Shown here: positions 50,860-60,480 of the stretch, piece after piece
Layout: each line of letters begins with the position of its first letter
Numbering within the stretch: the first letter of the stretch is position 1
Source: Polyangia bacterium
GTDB taxonomy: Bacteria > Myxococcota_A > Polyangia > Fen-1088
Assembly (NCBI GenBank): GCA_036500205.1
Contig: DASYCK010000079.1
Coordinates: 40,756 to 104,755 of the forward strand
Length of the DNA stretch: 64,000 nt
Direction of reading: 5' to 3'
Position numbers and translations under genes: made by a program
Notes under the pieces: model-generated
What the model was told of the DNA's origin: nothing
What the model saw: only the letters and a program-made list of their open reading frames with translations
Database searches by the model: none

Positions 50860-52394
50860 TAGAACCTCCCCCAGGCGGCCACGCCGGCCCCATCGCTGGT
50901 CAACCCCGGTCCGAAGCCGACCTGGCGTTGATCGACGGCGCCGGCGCTCTCCGGGCCGTGCGAGAAAAACGAGACCGCCGACGAGATCGCCAGCAGCGCC
51001 GCGACCCCGAACAGCACGTCGGCGCCGATGGCCTCCCACTTTCCGCGCGAGAACCGCGGATCGTTCGAGTCGATCATGCTGGTGCTCGCGCTGGTGGTGC
51101 CTTTGATGTCGTTCTGGATGCCGTCATGATTCTTGTTCGACAGGTAGCCGACGTAGAGCCCGCCCCCCAGGAAACCGGCGGCGATCGCCGCCGTGGTGTA
51201 AGCGTTTCGCTTGGAAGGGCGGGGCGACCACTGCACCTCGACCACCGTCTCGGCGCTGCGATCGACGCGCACCTCGCCCTCGTAGTCCTCGAAGCCCCCC
51301 TTCTGCACCACCACCTGGTGAAGGCCCGGCGTCACCTCGGTCCGGCACGGGGCCGCGCAGGCGAACTTCTTGTCGATCGAGACGTTCGCGCCGTAGGCGC
51401 CCCGCCCCGCCACGTTGATCCAGCCGTTGTCGCCCTTGTCGAGGTTGATCATGTGCTGGGTCGCCGTTCCGGCGAGCACGTCGATCTCCTGCTGTACCGC
51501 TTTGAACCCCATGCGCTCGAGGAAGACGGTGTGCTTGCCCGGCTTCAGGTGGCCCGTGAACGGCGTCTTGCCGATGGCGCCGATGTCCTTGCGGTCGATG
51601 AAGACGTCAGCCCCCGGCACGTTCGAGGCGATCTCGACCCAACCGAGGAAGTGCTCCTCGGACAGCGCGATGTACACGTCGACCAGCTTGTCGGAGCGCG
51701 GGCTGATGCTCCGCTCCTCGGACTTGAACCCCTTCGCCTCGAGGATCAGCTTCACCGGCTTCGACTCCAGCGAGCCCTGCCAGGGGGTCTTGCCGAACAC
51801 GCCGTTCGTCTTGTTGTCGAGGTAAATGGTTGCCCCCTGCGGCTTCGAATCGATGACGACGAGCCCCTTGGTCTCGATCGCCGGAAGCACCGGCAGCGGC
51901 GCCGTCGGGGTGGCGACCGCGCCGGGGACGGCGGGGGTGCCGGGCGCCCCGATGGGGGCGAGGATCGTCTTGATGGCCTCGATGCGCGTCTTCACGGACG
52001 CCGCGTCGGGCGCGGCGGGATCTCGATCGAGATACTTCTGAAAGAACTCCCCCGCCTTTTCGAGCTTCTGCGCCTTTTCGTAAGAGACGGCGGCGTTGAA
52101 CAGAAACGCCGCGAACGGCTTGCGGGCGAAGGCCCCCAGAAAATGCGCCGCCGCGTCGTTGAACTGCTCCTTGATGAACAGGGTCTGCGCGTTCTCGAAC
52201 TCGGACTTCGCCGCCTGCAGATCCGCGTCGGGCACCGGAACGGCCGCCGTCGCGGCGGGCGCGGCCACGGCCGGAGCCGGCGTGGCCGGGGCCGTGATCT
52301 GCGCGGCGGCCACGGCGGGGACCAACAGCGTCAGCACGAAAGCCGACCGGACGATCATCCGCGCACCTGCCAGCGGCTGGCTCGCTCGTCCCAT
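50859..52394 (-). CDS. PEGA-domain protein with N-terminal TPR-like segment and C-terminal TM helices
   Basis: Signal peptide (ATG 52394 or 52358). FLFNAAVSYEKAQKLEKAGEFFQKYL. At least three PEGA-like units (VIDSKPQGATIYLDNK, SNVPGADVFIDRK, GANVSIDKK). Two hydrophobic helices near the C-terminus; the protein ends in ..WGRF. Confidence 0.7.
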   Translation of the reverse strand: MGRASQPLAGARMIVRSAFVLTLLVPAVAAAQITAPATPAPAVAAPAATAAVPVPDADLQAAKSEFENAQTLFIKEQFNDAAAHFLGAFARKPFAAFLFNAAVSYEKAQKLEKAGEFFQKYLDRDPAAPDAASVKTRIEAIKTILAPIGAPGTPAVPGAVATPTAPLPVLPAIETKGLVVIDSKPQGATIYLDNKTNGVFGKTPWQGSLESKPVKLILEAKGFKSEERSISPRSDKLVDVYIALSEEHFLGWVEIASNVPGADVFIDRKDIGAIGKTPFTGHLKPGKHTVFLERMGFKAVQQEIDVLAGTATQHMINLDKGDNGWINVAGRGAYGANVSIDKKFACAAPCRTEVTPGLHQVVVQKGGFEDYEGEVRVDRSAETVVEVQWSPRPSKRNAYTTAAIAAGFLGGGLYVGYLSNKNHDGIQNDIKGTTSASTSMIDSNDPRFSRGKWEAIGADVLFGVAALLAISSAVSFFSHGPESAGAVDQRQVGFGPGLTSDGAGVAAWGRF

Positions 52395-52583
52395 CCCCCG
52401 CTCACGATTCGATGCTCGAAGTCTATAAGAATCGTCAAGTTAATCCTCATTCGAAGGCCCCTAGACTAGCGACAACCGGCGTGCTGAATCAAGCACTACC
52501 GTGCGCGGCGACGCGCGCGTGACGACGTGCAAGCGGGCTGGCTGGATGTGCGTGAAGCACTCACCACCGACGGAGCATCGGCA

Positions 52584-52597
52584 CGCGAACGTTCGCG
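52584..52597. promoter_or_regulatory. 14-bp perfect palindrome upstream of the fatty-acid oxidation genes
   Basis: CGCGAACGTTCGCG, 31 nt upstream of ATG 52629, in a 234-bp divergent intergenic region. Confidence 0.5.
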
Positions 52598-52628
52598 ACC
52601 TCTATCTCCATGGGATATCTTTCCTACC

Positions 52629-55010
52629 ATGGGGAGACCAATTTCCGAGGCCACCGTCCTGGGTGCGGGGGTCATGGGCTCTGCGATCGCGGCCCACCTC
52701 GCCAACGCCGGCATTCGCGTCCGGCTGCTGGATCTTCCGGGGGATCCGGCGAAAGGGCAGCGGCGAAATCACGCCGCGGAGGCCGGGCTGGAAGCGGCCC
52801 GCCGCTCGAAGCCGGCCAGCTTCTTCTCGTCGCGCTTCGAGACGCTGGTGACGGCGGGCAACTTCGACGATCACCTGGCGACCGCCGCCACCAGCGATGT
52901 CGTCATCGAGGCGGTCATCGAGAACCTCGCCGTGAAGCGCGGGCTCTATCAGAAGCTCGAGGCCGCCGGGGGCGACGCCATCATCACTTCGAACACCTCC
53001 GGCCTGCGCATCGCCGATCTCATGCAGGGGCGCGGGGCCGACTTTCAACGTCGCTTCTGCATCACCCACTTCTTCAACCCGCCCCGCTATCTGCGTCTGG
53101 TCGAGATCGTGGCGGGCGCCGCCACGTCGCCGGAGACGCTGGCGCGCGCCGAGGATCTCTGCGGCCGGTTGCTGGGCAAGGGTCTGGTGCGCGCCAAGGA
53201 CACGCCAAACTTCATCGCCAACCGGATCGGCACCTTCGCGATGATGCGCACCATGGCGGAGGCTCAAAACCAGGGCTACACGGTCGAGGAGGTCGACATG
53301 GTGTTCGGCCCGGCCAGCGGCCGCCCCAAGAGCGCCATCTTTCGCACCGCGGACGTGGTCGGATTGGACACGCTCGCTCACGTCACGAAGAACTGCTTCG
53401 ACGCCCTCGTCGACGACGAGCGCCGCGACGTGTTCGCGCCCCCCGAGGTGCTGCGCCAGCTGGTCGAGAAGAAGTGGCTGGGCAGCAAGACCAAGCAAGG
53501 CTTCTACAAGAAGGAAGGCGATCAGATCCTGCAGCTCGATCTGAAGACGCTGACCTACGTGCCGCAGACGAAGCCGCGCTTTCCCTCGATCGGCGCCACA
53601 CGGGGCGTGGACGATGTCGACGAGCGCCTGCGCCGCCTGCTGGCGGGCGATGATCGGGCGGCGGCGCTGGCGCGGACCATCACCTACGAGACGCTGATCT
53701 ACGCGGCGAATCGTCTGGGCGAGATCGCGGACGACGTCGCGTCGATCGACCAGGCGATGCGCTGGGGCTTCGGCTGGGAGCAGGGACCGTTCGCCGCCTG
53801 GGACGCGCTGGGCGTCAAGGCCACCGCCGCGAAGATGGAGGCGGCGGGATACGTGGTCCCCGGGTGGGTGCGCGAGCAGATCGCGGCCCAGGGGGAGGGA
53901 ATGAAGTTTTATCGCCCCGCCCCCGCGGACAGCGCCGCGCGACACGAGCAACTGGGTCGCTCGGGTGGCTTCACGCCCATCCCCGAGGACCCGCGGCACC
54001 TCTCGCTCGACCGGATCCGCGCCACCAGGAGCGGCGCCGGCGAGGTGGAGCGGAACCCCAGCGCATCGATCCTCGATCTGGGCGACGGCGTGTTCTGCCT
54101 GGAGTTCCACGCCAAGATGAACGCGCTCGATCCCGACATCGTGTCGTTCATGGGCAAGGCGGTCGACCGCGCCGAGCGCGACGGCGTGGGCCTGGTGATC
54201 GGCAACGACGGCGCCGAGGCGTTCTGCGCGGGGGCGAACCTGTTCTCGCTGCTCGTTGCGCTGGGCCAGGGGAACTTCGCCGCCGTCGAGGAGATGGTGG
54301 TGAACTTCCAGAACGCCTGTCAGCGCACCCGCTACGCCCGCGTCCCGGTGGTGGCGGCGCCGTTCGGGCTGGCCCTGGGCGGCGGCGCGGAGGTGGTGCT
54401 CGGCTGCCAGAACGTGCGCGCCGCGGCCGAGCTCTACCTCGGCTGCGTCGAGGTGGGCGTGGGACTGATCCCGGCAGGCGGGGGTTGCATGGAGATGGCC
54501 GCCCGCGCGTCGGCCCGGGCCTCGGACGATCCGCAGTTCGATCTGCTGGCGCTCGCCCGCGTGCCGTTCGAGACGTTCGCGCGCGCGCGCGTGTCGACCA
54601 GCGCCGAGGAGGCGCGCGATCTGTGGTTCCTGCACCCGCACGACGCCGTGTCGATGGCGCGTCAGACCGTCATCGCCGACGCGAAGGAGACCGTGCTGGG
54701 GCTGGCGCGGGCGGGCTTTCGCCCTCCCCCGCCCCGCCGCATCCGCGTCATCGGCGAGGCGGGCGCCGCCACGTTGCGCTCGGCGCTGCACAGCCTCGCC
54801 GGGGTGCACCAGATCAGCGAGCACGACGCGAAGATCGGCGCCCACCTGGCGCGCATCCTTTCGGGCGGCAACGTGCCGGCGGGCTCGTTCGTCTCCGAGC
54901 AGGCCATCCTCGATCTCGAGCGCGAGGCGTTTCTGTCGCTGTGCGGGGAACAAAAGACGCGCGACCGCATCCAACAGATGTTGACGTCCGGCAAACCTTT
55001 GCGGAACTGA
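52629..55010 (+). CDS. Bifunctional 3-hydroxyacyl-CoA dehydrogenase / enoyl-CoA hydratase (FadN/FadB-like)
   Basis: ATG 52629 within ORF 52527..55010(+). VLGAGVMGSAIAAHLANAG (NAD fold). C-terminal crotonase part AFCAGANL. Confidence 0.88.
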   Translation: MGRPISEATVLGAGVMGSAIAAHLANAGIRVRLLDLPGDPAKGQRRNHAAEAGLEAARRSKPASFFSSRFETLVTAGNFDDHLATAATSDVVIEAVIENLAVKRGLYQKLEAAGGDAIITSNTSGLRIADLMQGRGADFQRRFCITHFFNPPRYLRLVEIVAGAATSPETLARAEDLCGRLLGKGLVRAKDTPNFIANRIGTFAMMRTMAEAQNQGYTVEEVDMVFGPASGRPKSAIFRTADVVGLDTLAHVTKNCFDALVDDERRDVFAPPEVLRQLVEKKWLGSKTKQGFYKKEGDQILQLDLKTLTYVPQTKPRFPSIGATRGVDDVDERLRRLLAGDDRAAALARTITYETLIYAANRLGEIADDVASIDQAMRWGFGWEQGPFAAWDALGVKATAAKMEAAGYVVPGWVREQIAAQGEGMKFYRPAPADSAARHEQLGRSGGFTPIPEDPRHLSLDRIRATRSGAGEVERNPSASILDLGDGVFCLEFHAKMNALDPDIVSFMGKAVDRAERDGVGLVIGNDGAEAFCAGANLFSLLVALGQGNFAAVEEMVVNFQNACQRTRYARVPVVAAPFGLALGGGAEVVLGCQNVRAAAELYLGCVEVGVGLIPAGGGCMEMAARASARASDDPQFDLLALARVPFETFARARVSTSAEEARDLWFLHPHDAVSMARQTVIADAKETVLGLARAGFRPPPPRRIRVIGEAGAATLRSALHSLAGVHQISEHDAKIGAHLARILSGGNVPAGSFVSEQAILDLEREAFLSLCGEQKTRDRIQQMLTSGKPLRN

Positions 55011-55021
55011 GAGGACCTTCC

Positions 55022-56191
55022 ATGCCCACGACACGCGATGTGGCGATCCTTTCGGCGGTACGAACGCCGATCGGGCGCGCCCCCAAGGGAACGCTCCGTT
55101 TCACGCGCCCCGACGATCTGGGGGCGCTGGTGGTGAAGGAGGCGCTGGCCCGCGCCGAGGTGGCGCCCGCCGCCATCGAGGATCTGGTGCTCGGCTGCGC
55201 GCAGCCGGAGAGCGAGCAAGGGTTGAACGTCGCGCGGGTGGTGGGCGAGCTGGCCGGCCTCCCCGACGAGGTGCCGGCCATGACCATCAATCGCTTCTGC
55301 TCGTCCGGCCTGCAGGCGACGTCGATCCTGGCCGATCGCATCGCCGTCGGGGCCATCGACGCTGCCATCGCGGGCGGCCTCGAATCGATGTCGATGGTGC
55401 CGATGGGAGGGACCCGCCCGTCACTGAACCCGGTCGTCGTCGAGACGTTGCCCGACGTGTACATCCCCATGGGGAACACGGCCGAGAACGTGGCGCGCAA
55501 GTTCGAGATCAGCCGCGCCGATCAGGACGCGTTCGCGCTGGAGAGCCACAAGAAGGCGGTGGCCGCCTGGACGCGCGGCGACTTTCGCGCCGAGGTGGTC
55601 CCGGTCGTCACGCGGGTGTTCGAGGACGGCGCCTGGAAGCCCATCACGTTCGAACGCGACGAGGGGCCGCGCGCCGACACGTCGCTGGAGAAGCTGGCGT
55701 CGCTGAAGCCGGTCTTCGATCCAGGGGGGAGCGTCACCGCGGGCAACTCGTCGCCGTTGAACGACGGCGCCGCCGCCGTGGTGTTGATGGCGGCCGACAA
55801 GGCGAAGGAGGCGGGGAAGAAGATTCGCGCCTACTTCCGCGCCTTCGCGGTGGCCGGCGTTCCGCCGGGCATCATGGGCATCGGCCCCGTCCCGGCGGTG
55901 CGCAAGCTGCTGGCCAAGACGGGGCTGACCGTCGATCAGATCGATCTGTTCGAGGTGAACGAGGCGTTCGCGTCGCAGGCGCTGTACTGCCTGCGCGAGC
56001 TGAAGCTGCCGCTCGACCGGGTGAACGTGAACGGAGGGGCCATCGCCCTCGGCCACCCGCTCGGCGCCACGGGGGCCCGCCAGATCGCCACCGCGCTACA
56101 CGAGTTGGAGCGTCGCAAGGGGCGGTTCGCCGTCATCACCATGTGCGTGGGCGGCGGCATGGGCGCGGCGGGCTTGATCGAGCGCGCGTAG
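55022..56191 (+). CDS. fadA: Acetyl-CoA C-acyltransferase (thiolase, FadA-like)
   Basis: [10 protein letters not shown] (active-site Cys), [27 protein letters not shown]. Confidence 0.9.
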   Translation: MPTTRDVAILSAVRTPIGRAPKGTLRFTRPDDLGALVVKEALARAEVAPAAIEDLVLGCAQPESEQGLNVARVVGELAGLPDEVPAMTINRFCSSGLQATSILADRIAVGAIDAAIAGGLESMSMVPMGGTRPSLNPVVVETLPDVYIPMGNTAENVARKFEISRADQDAFALESHKKAVAAWTRGDFRAEVVPVVTRVFEDGAWKPITFERDEGPRADTSLEKLASLKPVFDPGGSVTAGNSSPLNDGAAAVVLMAADKAKEAGKKIRAYFRAFAVAGVPPGIMGIGPVPAVRKLLAKTGLTVDQIDLFEVNEAFASQALYCLRELKLPLDRVNVNGGAIALGHPLGATGARQIATALHELERRKGRFAVITMCVGGGMGAAGLIERA

Positions 56192-56224
56192 CACTTTCGC
56201 CAGCGCGCGGCCGATACGGCGGGC

Positions 56225-57229
56225 ATGCCCGAATGGCGCGCTCGTCTGTTCCTCCCGCTATCGCTGCTCGTGTCACTGCCCGGCGCCTTTCAGTGCGGCC
56301 TTCCCGTCTCGTCGCACCCGCCGACCGGCTCCGCCTCTTCGACGGCCACGCTGGTCGTGCTGCCCGATGACGACCCGCAGACGCTCCTGACGGCGGTGGC
56401 GTCCGCCCGTCGGCGCGTGTGGGTCGAGATGTACATGCTGACCGACGGGCGCGCGGTGGACGCGCTGGCGGCCGCGCACGCCGCTGGCGCCGACGTGCGC
56501 GTGCTGCTCGAACCGGCGCCCTACGGTGATGCCAGCGCGAACGAAGGGGCGTTTCTCGCCCTCGGTCAGGCCGGCATCGACGTTCGCTGGTTCGCCGTGC
56601 CGGACGGCCTGGTTCACATCAAGCTGCTGCTGGTCGACGACCGCGCCTTCGTCCTGACGCCGAACCTGACGCTGTCGGGCCTGACGCGAAATCGCGAGTA
56701 CGCCGTGCTCGATGCGGCGCCGGACGACGTCAGCCGGGCCGAGGCGGTCTGGCAAGCCGACGCCACCGGCGGCGACCCCGGCTCCCCCTCCCCGACCACG
56801 CGGATTCTCGTGTCCCCCCTCGACGCTCGCGCGCGCCTGGCGGCGGCGATCGACGCCGCCAGGCTGTCCATCGCGCTCGAGATCGAGGAGATCTCCGATG
56901 TGGATCTGGTGGCCCGGCTCGTCGCGGCGCAGGCCGGCGGAGCGGTGGTCACCGTCATCGTTCCCGCGGACGAGCGCTCGGCGGCCACGAATGGTGCCCT
57001 GACCCGCCTGGCGAGCGGTGGCGTGGACGTTCGCGCGCTCGCCACCCCGACCCTTCACGCGAAGGCGATGGTGCTCGATCGGCAGCGCGCCTACCTCGGC
57101 TCGATCAACTTCACGCGCGCCTCGCTCGACGACAACCGCGAGATGGGGCTGCTTCTCGACGATCCGGCGATCGTGGCGCGGACGGACGCCACCATCGGCG
57201 ACGACTGGAACGATGCCCGCGCGCCCTGA
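56225..57229 (+). CDS. Secreted phospholipase D-superfamily protein (two HKD motifs)
   Basis: Signal peptide. [13 protein letters not shown] and [16 protein letters not shown]. Confidence 0.8.
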   Translation: MPEWRARLFLPLSLLVSLPGAFQCGLPVSSHPPTGSASSTATLVVLPDDDPQTLLTAVASARRRVWVEMYMLTDGRAVDALAAAHAAGADVRVLLEPAPYGDASANEGAFLALGQAGIDVRWFAVPDGLVHIKLLLVDDRAFVLTPNLTLSGLTRNREYAVLDAAPDDVSRAEAVWQADATGGDPGSPSPTTRILVSPLDARARLAAAIDAARLSIALEIEEISDVDLVARLVAAQAGGAVVTVIVPADERSAATNGALTRLASGGVDVRALATPTLHAKAMVLDRQRAYLGSINFTRASLDDNREMGLLLDDPAIVARTDATIGDDWNDARAP

Positions 57230-59044
57230 TCAGGGACCCGAGCCGCCGGCCAGCGCCGCCCAGATCCGCCGCAGGGCCGGGTGGGATTCCCCCCCCTCGA
57301 GATCGATGGCCTGGCGGATGGCCGGCACCAGATCATCGCTGCTGAAGCTGCGCAAGCGGGTCTCCGCCGTCGCCTGGATGGCCCCGGTCTCGCGCAGGAC
57401 GGCCTCCAGCAGGATGGCCCCCGCATCGGGCGAGGCCAGATCCGCCAAGGCCTCCAGCGCCGCGATGCGGATCCGCTCGTCCGTCTTCTCCTTGAAGATC
57501 GCCGACAGATCGTCGAAGGCATCCCGAAATCGCAGGCCGCGCAAGGCGGCGATCGCCGCCTCGCGGACCCGCGGCGAGCGATCCTCGATCCCTTGCCGGA
57601 CCAGCCCGAAGCTCCGCCGGCAATACACCTGCCCCACGCCGGCCATCACGGCCGCCCGGGCCTCGGGGGACTCGAACGACTCGTAGATCTTCTCGAGCGG
57701 CCGCAGCACCTCGTAGACCTGCACCCGCCCCAGGGCGAGCGACAGCTCGGCGGCCTGGGCCGGCTCGCCGGTGGAGAACCCCGTCGCGCCCGCGATCAAC
57801 AGCGCGCGCAGCGCCAGCCGCGAGAAGCGGACATGGTCGGTCCGATCGACCACCAGCCCGGCCGCCACGGCGATGGGATCGCCGTCCAGCTCCCACTCGA
57901 TGAGATCCTGGCGCCACACGTCCTGGTAGGCGCCGGCCCGACGCAGATACTCGGGGATGCCGGCCGTGGGTGGCGGCGAGGGGCGCCCCCCCGCATAGCG
58001 CCGCGCCAGCGTCTTGTAGCGGTCGCGCTGCTTGGGCGCGACCGGCAAGGCCGCCAGCTCGTCGTAGAGCCGCGCCGCCTGCGCCAGATCGCCCAGCGCC
58101 GTCGCCGCGTCGATGCCGGCGTGAAAGGCGTTCTCGGTGAGGTCCATCGGACCGCCCGCCGTCTCGTTGGCGCGGGCGGTGTCGGCCCACAGCGCCACCG
58201 CCCGCCCCAGGTAGTGCTTGTCGTAGACCAGCCCGGCGTGGGCGCTGTAGTCCGCCGCCTCGCGCGCCAGCGTCGCCGCCGCGTAGAGCTCGCCCCGCTC
58301 GACGGCGTAGTTGATGAAGTCCTCGTAGTACTGCAGCACGTAAAAGCGCTGCTCGCCCGCCTTCAGGATCCGGATCGCGTTGACGTACCCCTCCGACACG
58401 TTCTCGAACGATCCGGTGTCCTTGCCGATGCGCAGCAGCACGGTGTAACAGTCGAAGGCCCGCTCGCGCTCGCCGCGGGTCTCGAACGCGTCCGCGACCT
58501 CCTCGAGCTGGCGACCGGCGCTGGTGAAGGCCCGCGCCGCCCCCTCGGCGTCCCCCAGCTTCAACAGGCATTCGCCCAGGTTGAAGTGAACGAGCGCCAG
58601 CTCGTAGGGGCGCCCCACCAACCGGGGATCGCCGAGCGCCCGCTCCCATTCGGCGCGGGCGGCGGCCATGCGATCCCCGCGCTCCAGCTCGACGGCCGCC
58701 AGCACCGGATGCCCGGCGCCCGCCAGCACCCGCGCCGCCTCGGCGTGCTGGCCCAGCTTCGAGGCCGCCAGCGCCCATTCGAGCGGCCGCTCTCCCGGAA
58801 GCAGGATGCGCGCGGCGTCGGCGAAGCGGCGCAACCCCAGCAGGACATAGGCGGCCTCGCGCCGCCGCCCCAGCGCCTGATAGGCCGCCAGCGCCCCCTC
58901 CAGCCAGCCGTCGTAGACGCCGGGCGCGAACACCTGGACGTGCCCCAGCAGCACGTCGTACAGGCCCAGCGCCTCCGCCGGATGCCCCGTGCGCAGGGCG
59001 CGATCGGCGCGCTCCTTCAGGTCTATCTCCTCCCGGGTCGGCAT
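57230..59044 (-). CDS. TPR-like + HEAT-repeat solenoid protein
   Basis: ATG 59044 (MPTREEID..) within ORF 57230..59263(-), overlapping the upstream stop (TGATG). N-terminal TPR-like helices. C-terminal HEAT units RVREAAIAALRGL / RIRIAALEALADL. Confidence 0.65.
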   Translation of the reverse strand: MPTREEIDLKERADRALRTGHPAEALGLYDVLLGHVQVFAPGVYDGWLEGALAAYQALGRRREAAYVLLGLRRFADAARILLPGERPLEWALAASKLGQHAEAARVLAGAGHPVLAAVELERGDRMAAARAEWERALGDPRLVGRPYELALVHFNLGECLLKLGDAEGAARAFTSAGRQLEEVADAFETRGERERAFDCYTVLLRIGKDTGSFENVSEGYVNAIRILKAGEQRFYVLQYYEDFINYAVERGELYAAATLAREAADYSAHAGLVYDKHYLGRAVALWADTARANETAGGPMDLTENAFHAGIDAATALGDLAQAARLYDELAALPVAPKQRDRYKTLARRYAGGRPSPPPTAGIPEYLRRAGAYQDVWRQDLIEWELDGDPIAVAAGLVVDRTDHVRFSRLALRALLIAGATGFSTGEPAQAAELSLALGRVQVYEVLRPLEKIYESFESPEARAAVMAGVGQVYCRRSFGLVRQGIEDRSPRVREAAIAALRGLRFRDAFDDLSAIFKEKTDERIRIAALEALADLASPDAGAILLEAVLRETGAIQATAETRLRSFSSDDLVPAIRQAIDLEGGESHPALRRIWAALAGGSGP

Positions 59045-60462
59045 CAGCGTCGCGCCGCCGCCGTACGCGAGACGTCGTCGACGATGTCGAGGGCACGCCG
59101 CCGCCCCGCGCCGGCCCGGGCCAAGGTCTCGGGGGTCACGATCTGGTGCCGGTGCAACAGCGGCAGATAGTCGAGCCTGAGGGGACGCGACGGCAGCACG
59201 AACACGCCGTACAGCGAGGCGTCGCGGGCCAGGGTCTCCACCGTCGCCCGCGGGATGTGGCACTCGGCGTGGGTGATGAAGGTGACGGCGACGTCGCGCC
59301 CCTCTTCGAAGCGCAACCGGCTCACCTCGGCCGATAAATCGGCGAACACCCGGGCGTAGTTGCGGCCGCGCTCGGAACGAAACGACAGCAGGCGGGGCAG
59401 CTCACGGCGCGCGTGCCGGCCGATGTCGAGACGGTCGTAGAGGCGGCTGTCGAAGAAGCGGAACCACACCTCCCCCCCGAGCAGCGACAGCTTCTTGCAC
59501 AGCGCCAGCGCCAGACCGCGCGCGAACACTTGCCGCGTCCCCCGCATCGAGGCGCTCGCGTCGACCAGCAGGTAGGTCAAGCGACGGCCGGCGTCCGGCG
59601 AACGCTCGCGGCCGTAGTACAGCAGATCGTCCGACAGCGCCTTCAACGTCAGCGTCTCCTCGTCGTGCGCCAGCTCGCTCGGCACCAGCGCGTCCAGCGA
59701 GCCGCGCCGCTCGATCGACGCGTAGCCGTCGATGGCGAAGCGCTGCACCGAGCGGCGGCGCTTCGTCTCCAGCAGCGACGGCAGCAGCTGCAGCGAGAAG
59801 TCGACGATGTCGGCGGCGCCGATGTTGCCGACCACCTGGTACAGGTCCGACAGATCGGGCGTCCCCCCATCGACGGCGAACAGGCCCAGCAGCCGTAACG
59901 AGGAGACGTCGATCTGATCGAGGCGCGCCAGGAAGCCGCGGTCCTGCTCGATCAGTCGCTGAAGAAACGAGGCCACCCAGGTCAGGTCGAGCGTCTTGGC
60001 CAGCGTCGCACGATCGCGCTCGAACGACGCCGAGGCCACGGGGAGCTCCAGCAAACCGGGGCGTCGCGGCCGCGCCGCCCAGCGCAGAAAGACGTCGGCC
60101 AGCGCCCGCGCCAGCACCACGGCGATCGTCTCGTCGCGCAGCGCCGCCGTCCCCAACTCGGCCACCACGTCGGCCTCCGCGACCTGATTCAACAGCGCCC
60201 GGTACTGCGTGCGAAACGCCGTCATCGGCCCCCGCCCCACCGGCTGCACGCGATGCGGCTGCCCGCGCCGGCCGCGCGCCAGCAAGAGCCCGACGTCGTG
60301 GACGACGACCAGCGGCAGCGGCAGACCCAGGCGCGCCAGCATGTTCCACCAGGTGACCGCCTGGATGGCCTCGACCGGGCCGCTCGGCGTGACCTCGGCC
60401 AGGGTCAGGGACGCGAGCTGCCGCCGAAGCTCGGCTTCGGCGGTCGCCAGAGGATCGGCCAT
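59044..60462 (-). CDS. Hypothetical protein with C-terminal vWA (MIDAS) domain
   Basis: 472 aa. Residues ~293-472 carry LTYLLVDASASMRG and a vWA-like alternation. The ~290-aa N-terminal region is unassigned. No signal peptide. Confidence 0.6.
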   Translation of the reverse strand: MADPLATAEAELRRQLASLTLAEVTPSGPVEAIQAVTWWNMLARLGLPLPLVVVHDVGLLLARGRRGQPHRVQPVGRGPMTAFRTQYRALLNQVAEADVVAELGTAALRDETIAVVLARALADVFLRWAARPRRPGLLELPVASASFERDRATLAKTLDLTWVASFLQRLIEQDRGFLARLDQIDVSSLRLLGLFAVDGGTPDLSDLYQVVGNIGAADIVDFSLQLLPSLLETKRRRSVQRFAIDGYASIERRGSLDALVPSELAHDEETLTLKALSDDLLYYGRERSPDAGRRLTYLLVDASASMRGTRQVFARGLALALCKKLSLLGGEVWFRFFDSRLYDRLDIGRHARRELPRLLSFRSERGRNYARVFADLSAEVSRLRFEEGRDVAVTFITHAECHIPRATVETLARDASLYGVFVLPSRPLRLDYLPLLHRHQIVTPETLARAGAGRRRALDIVDDVSRTAAARR

Positions 60463-60480
60463 TCCCCGAAGGTTAGCCGA

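Noticed and set aside
52602-55034. 810-aa minus-strand ORF opposite the fadB-like gene
   Set aside because: Antisense artefact. The plus-strand frame has the NAD-binding fold and crotonase motifs.
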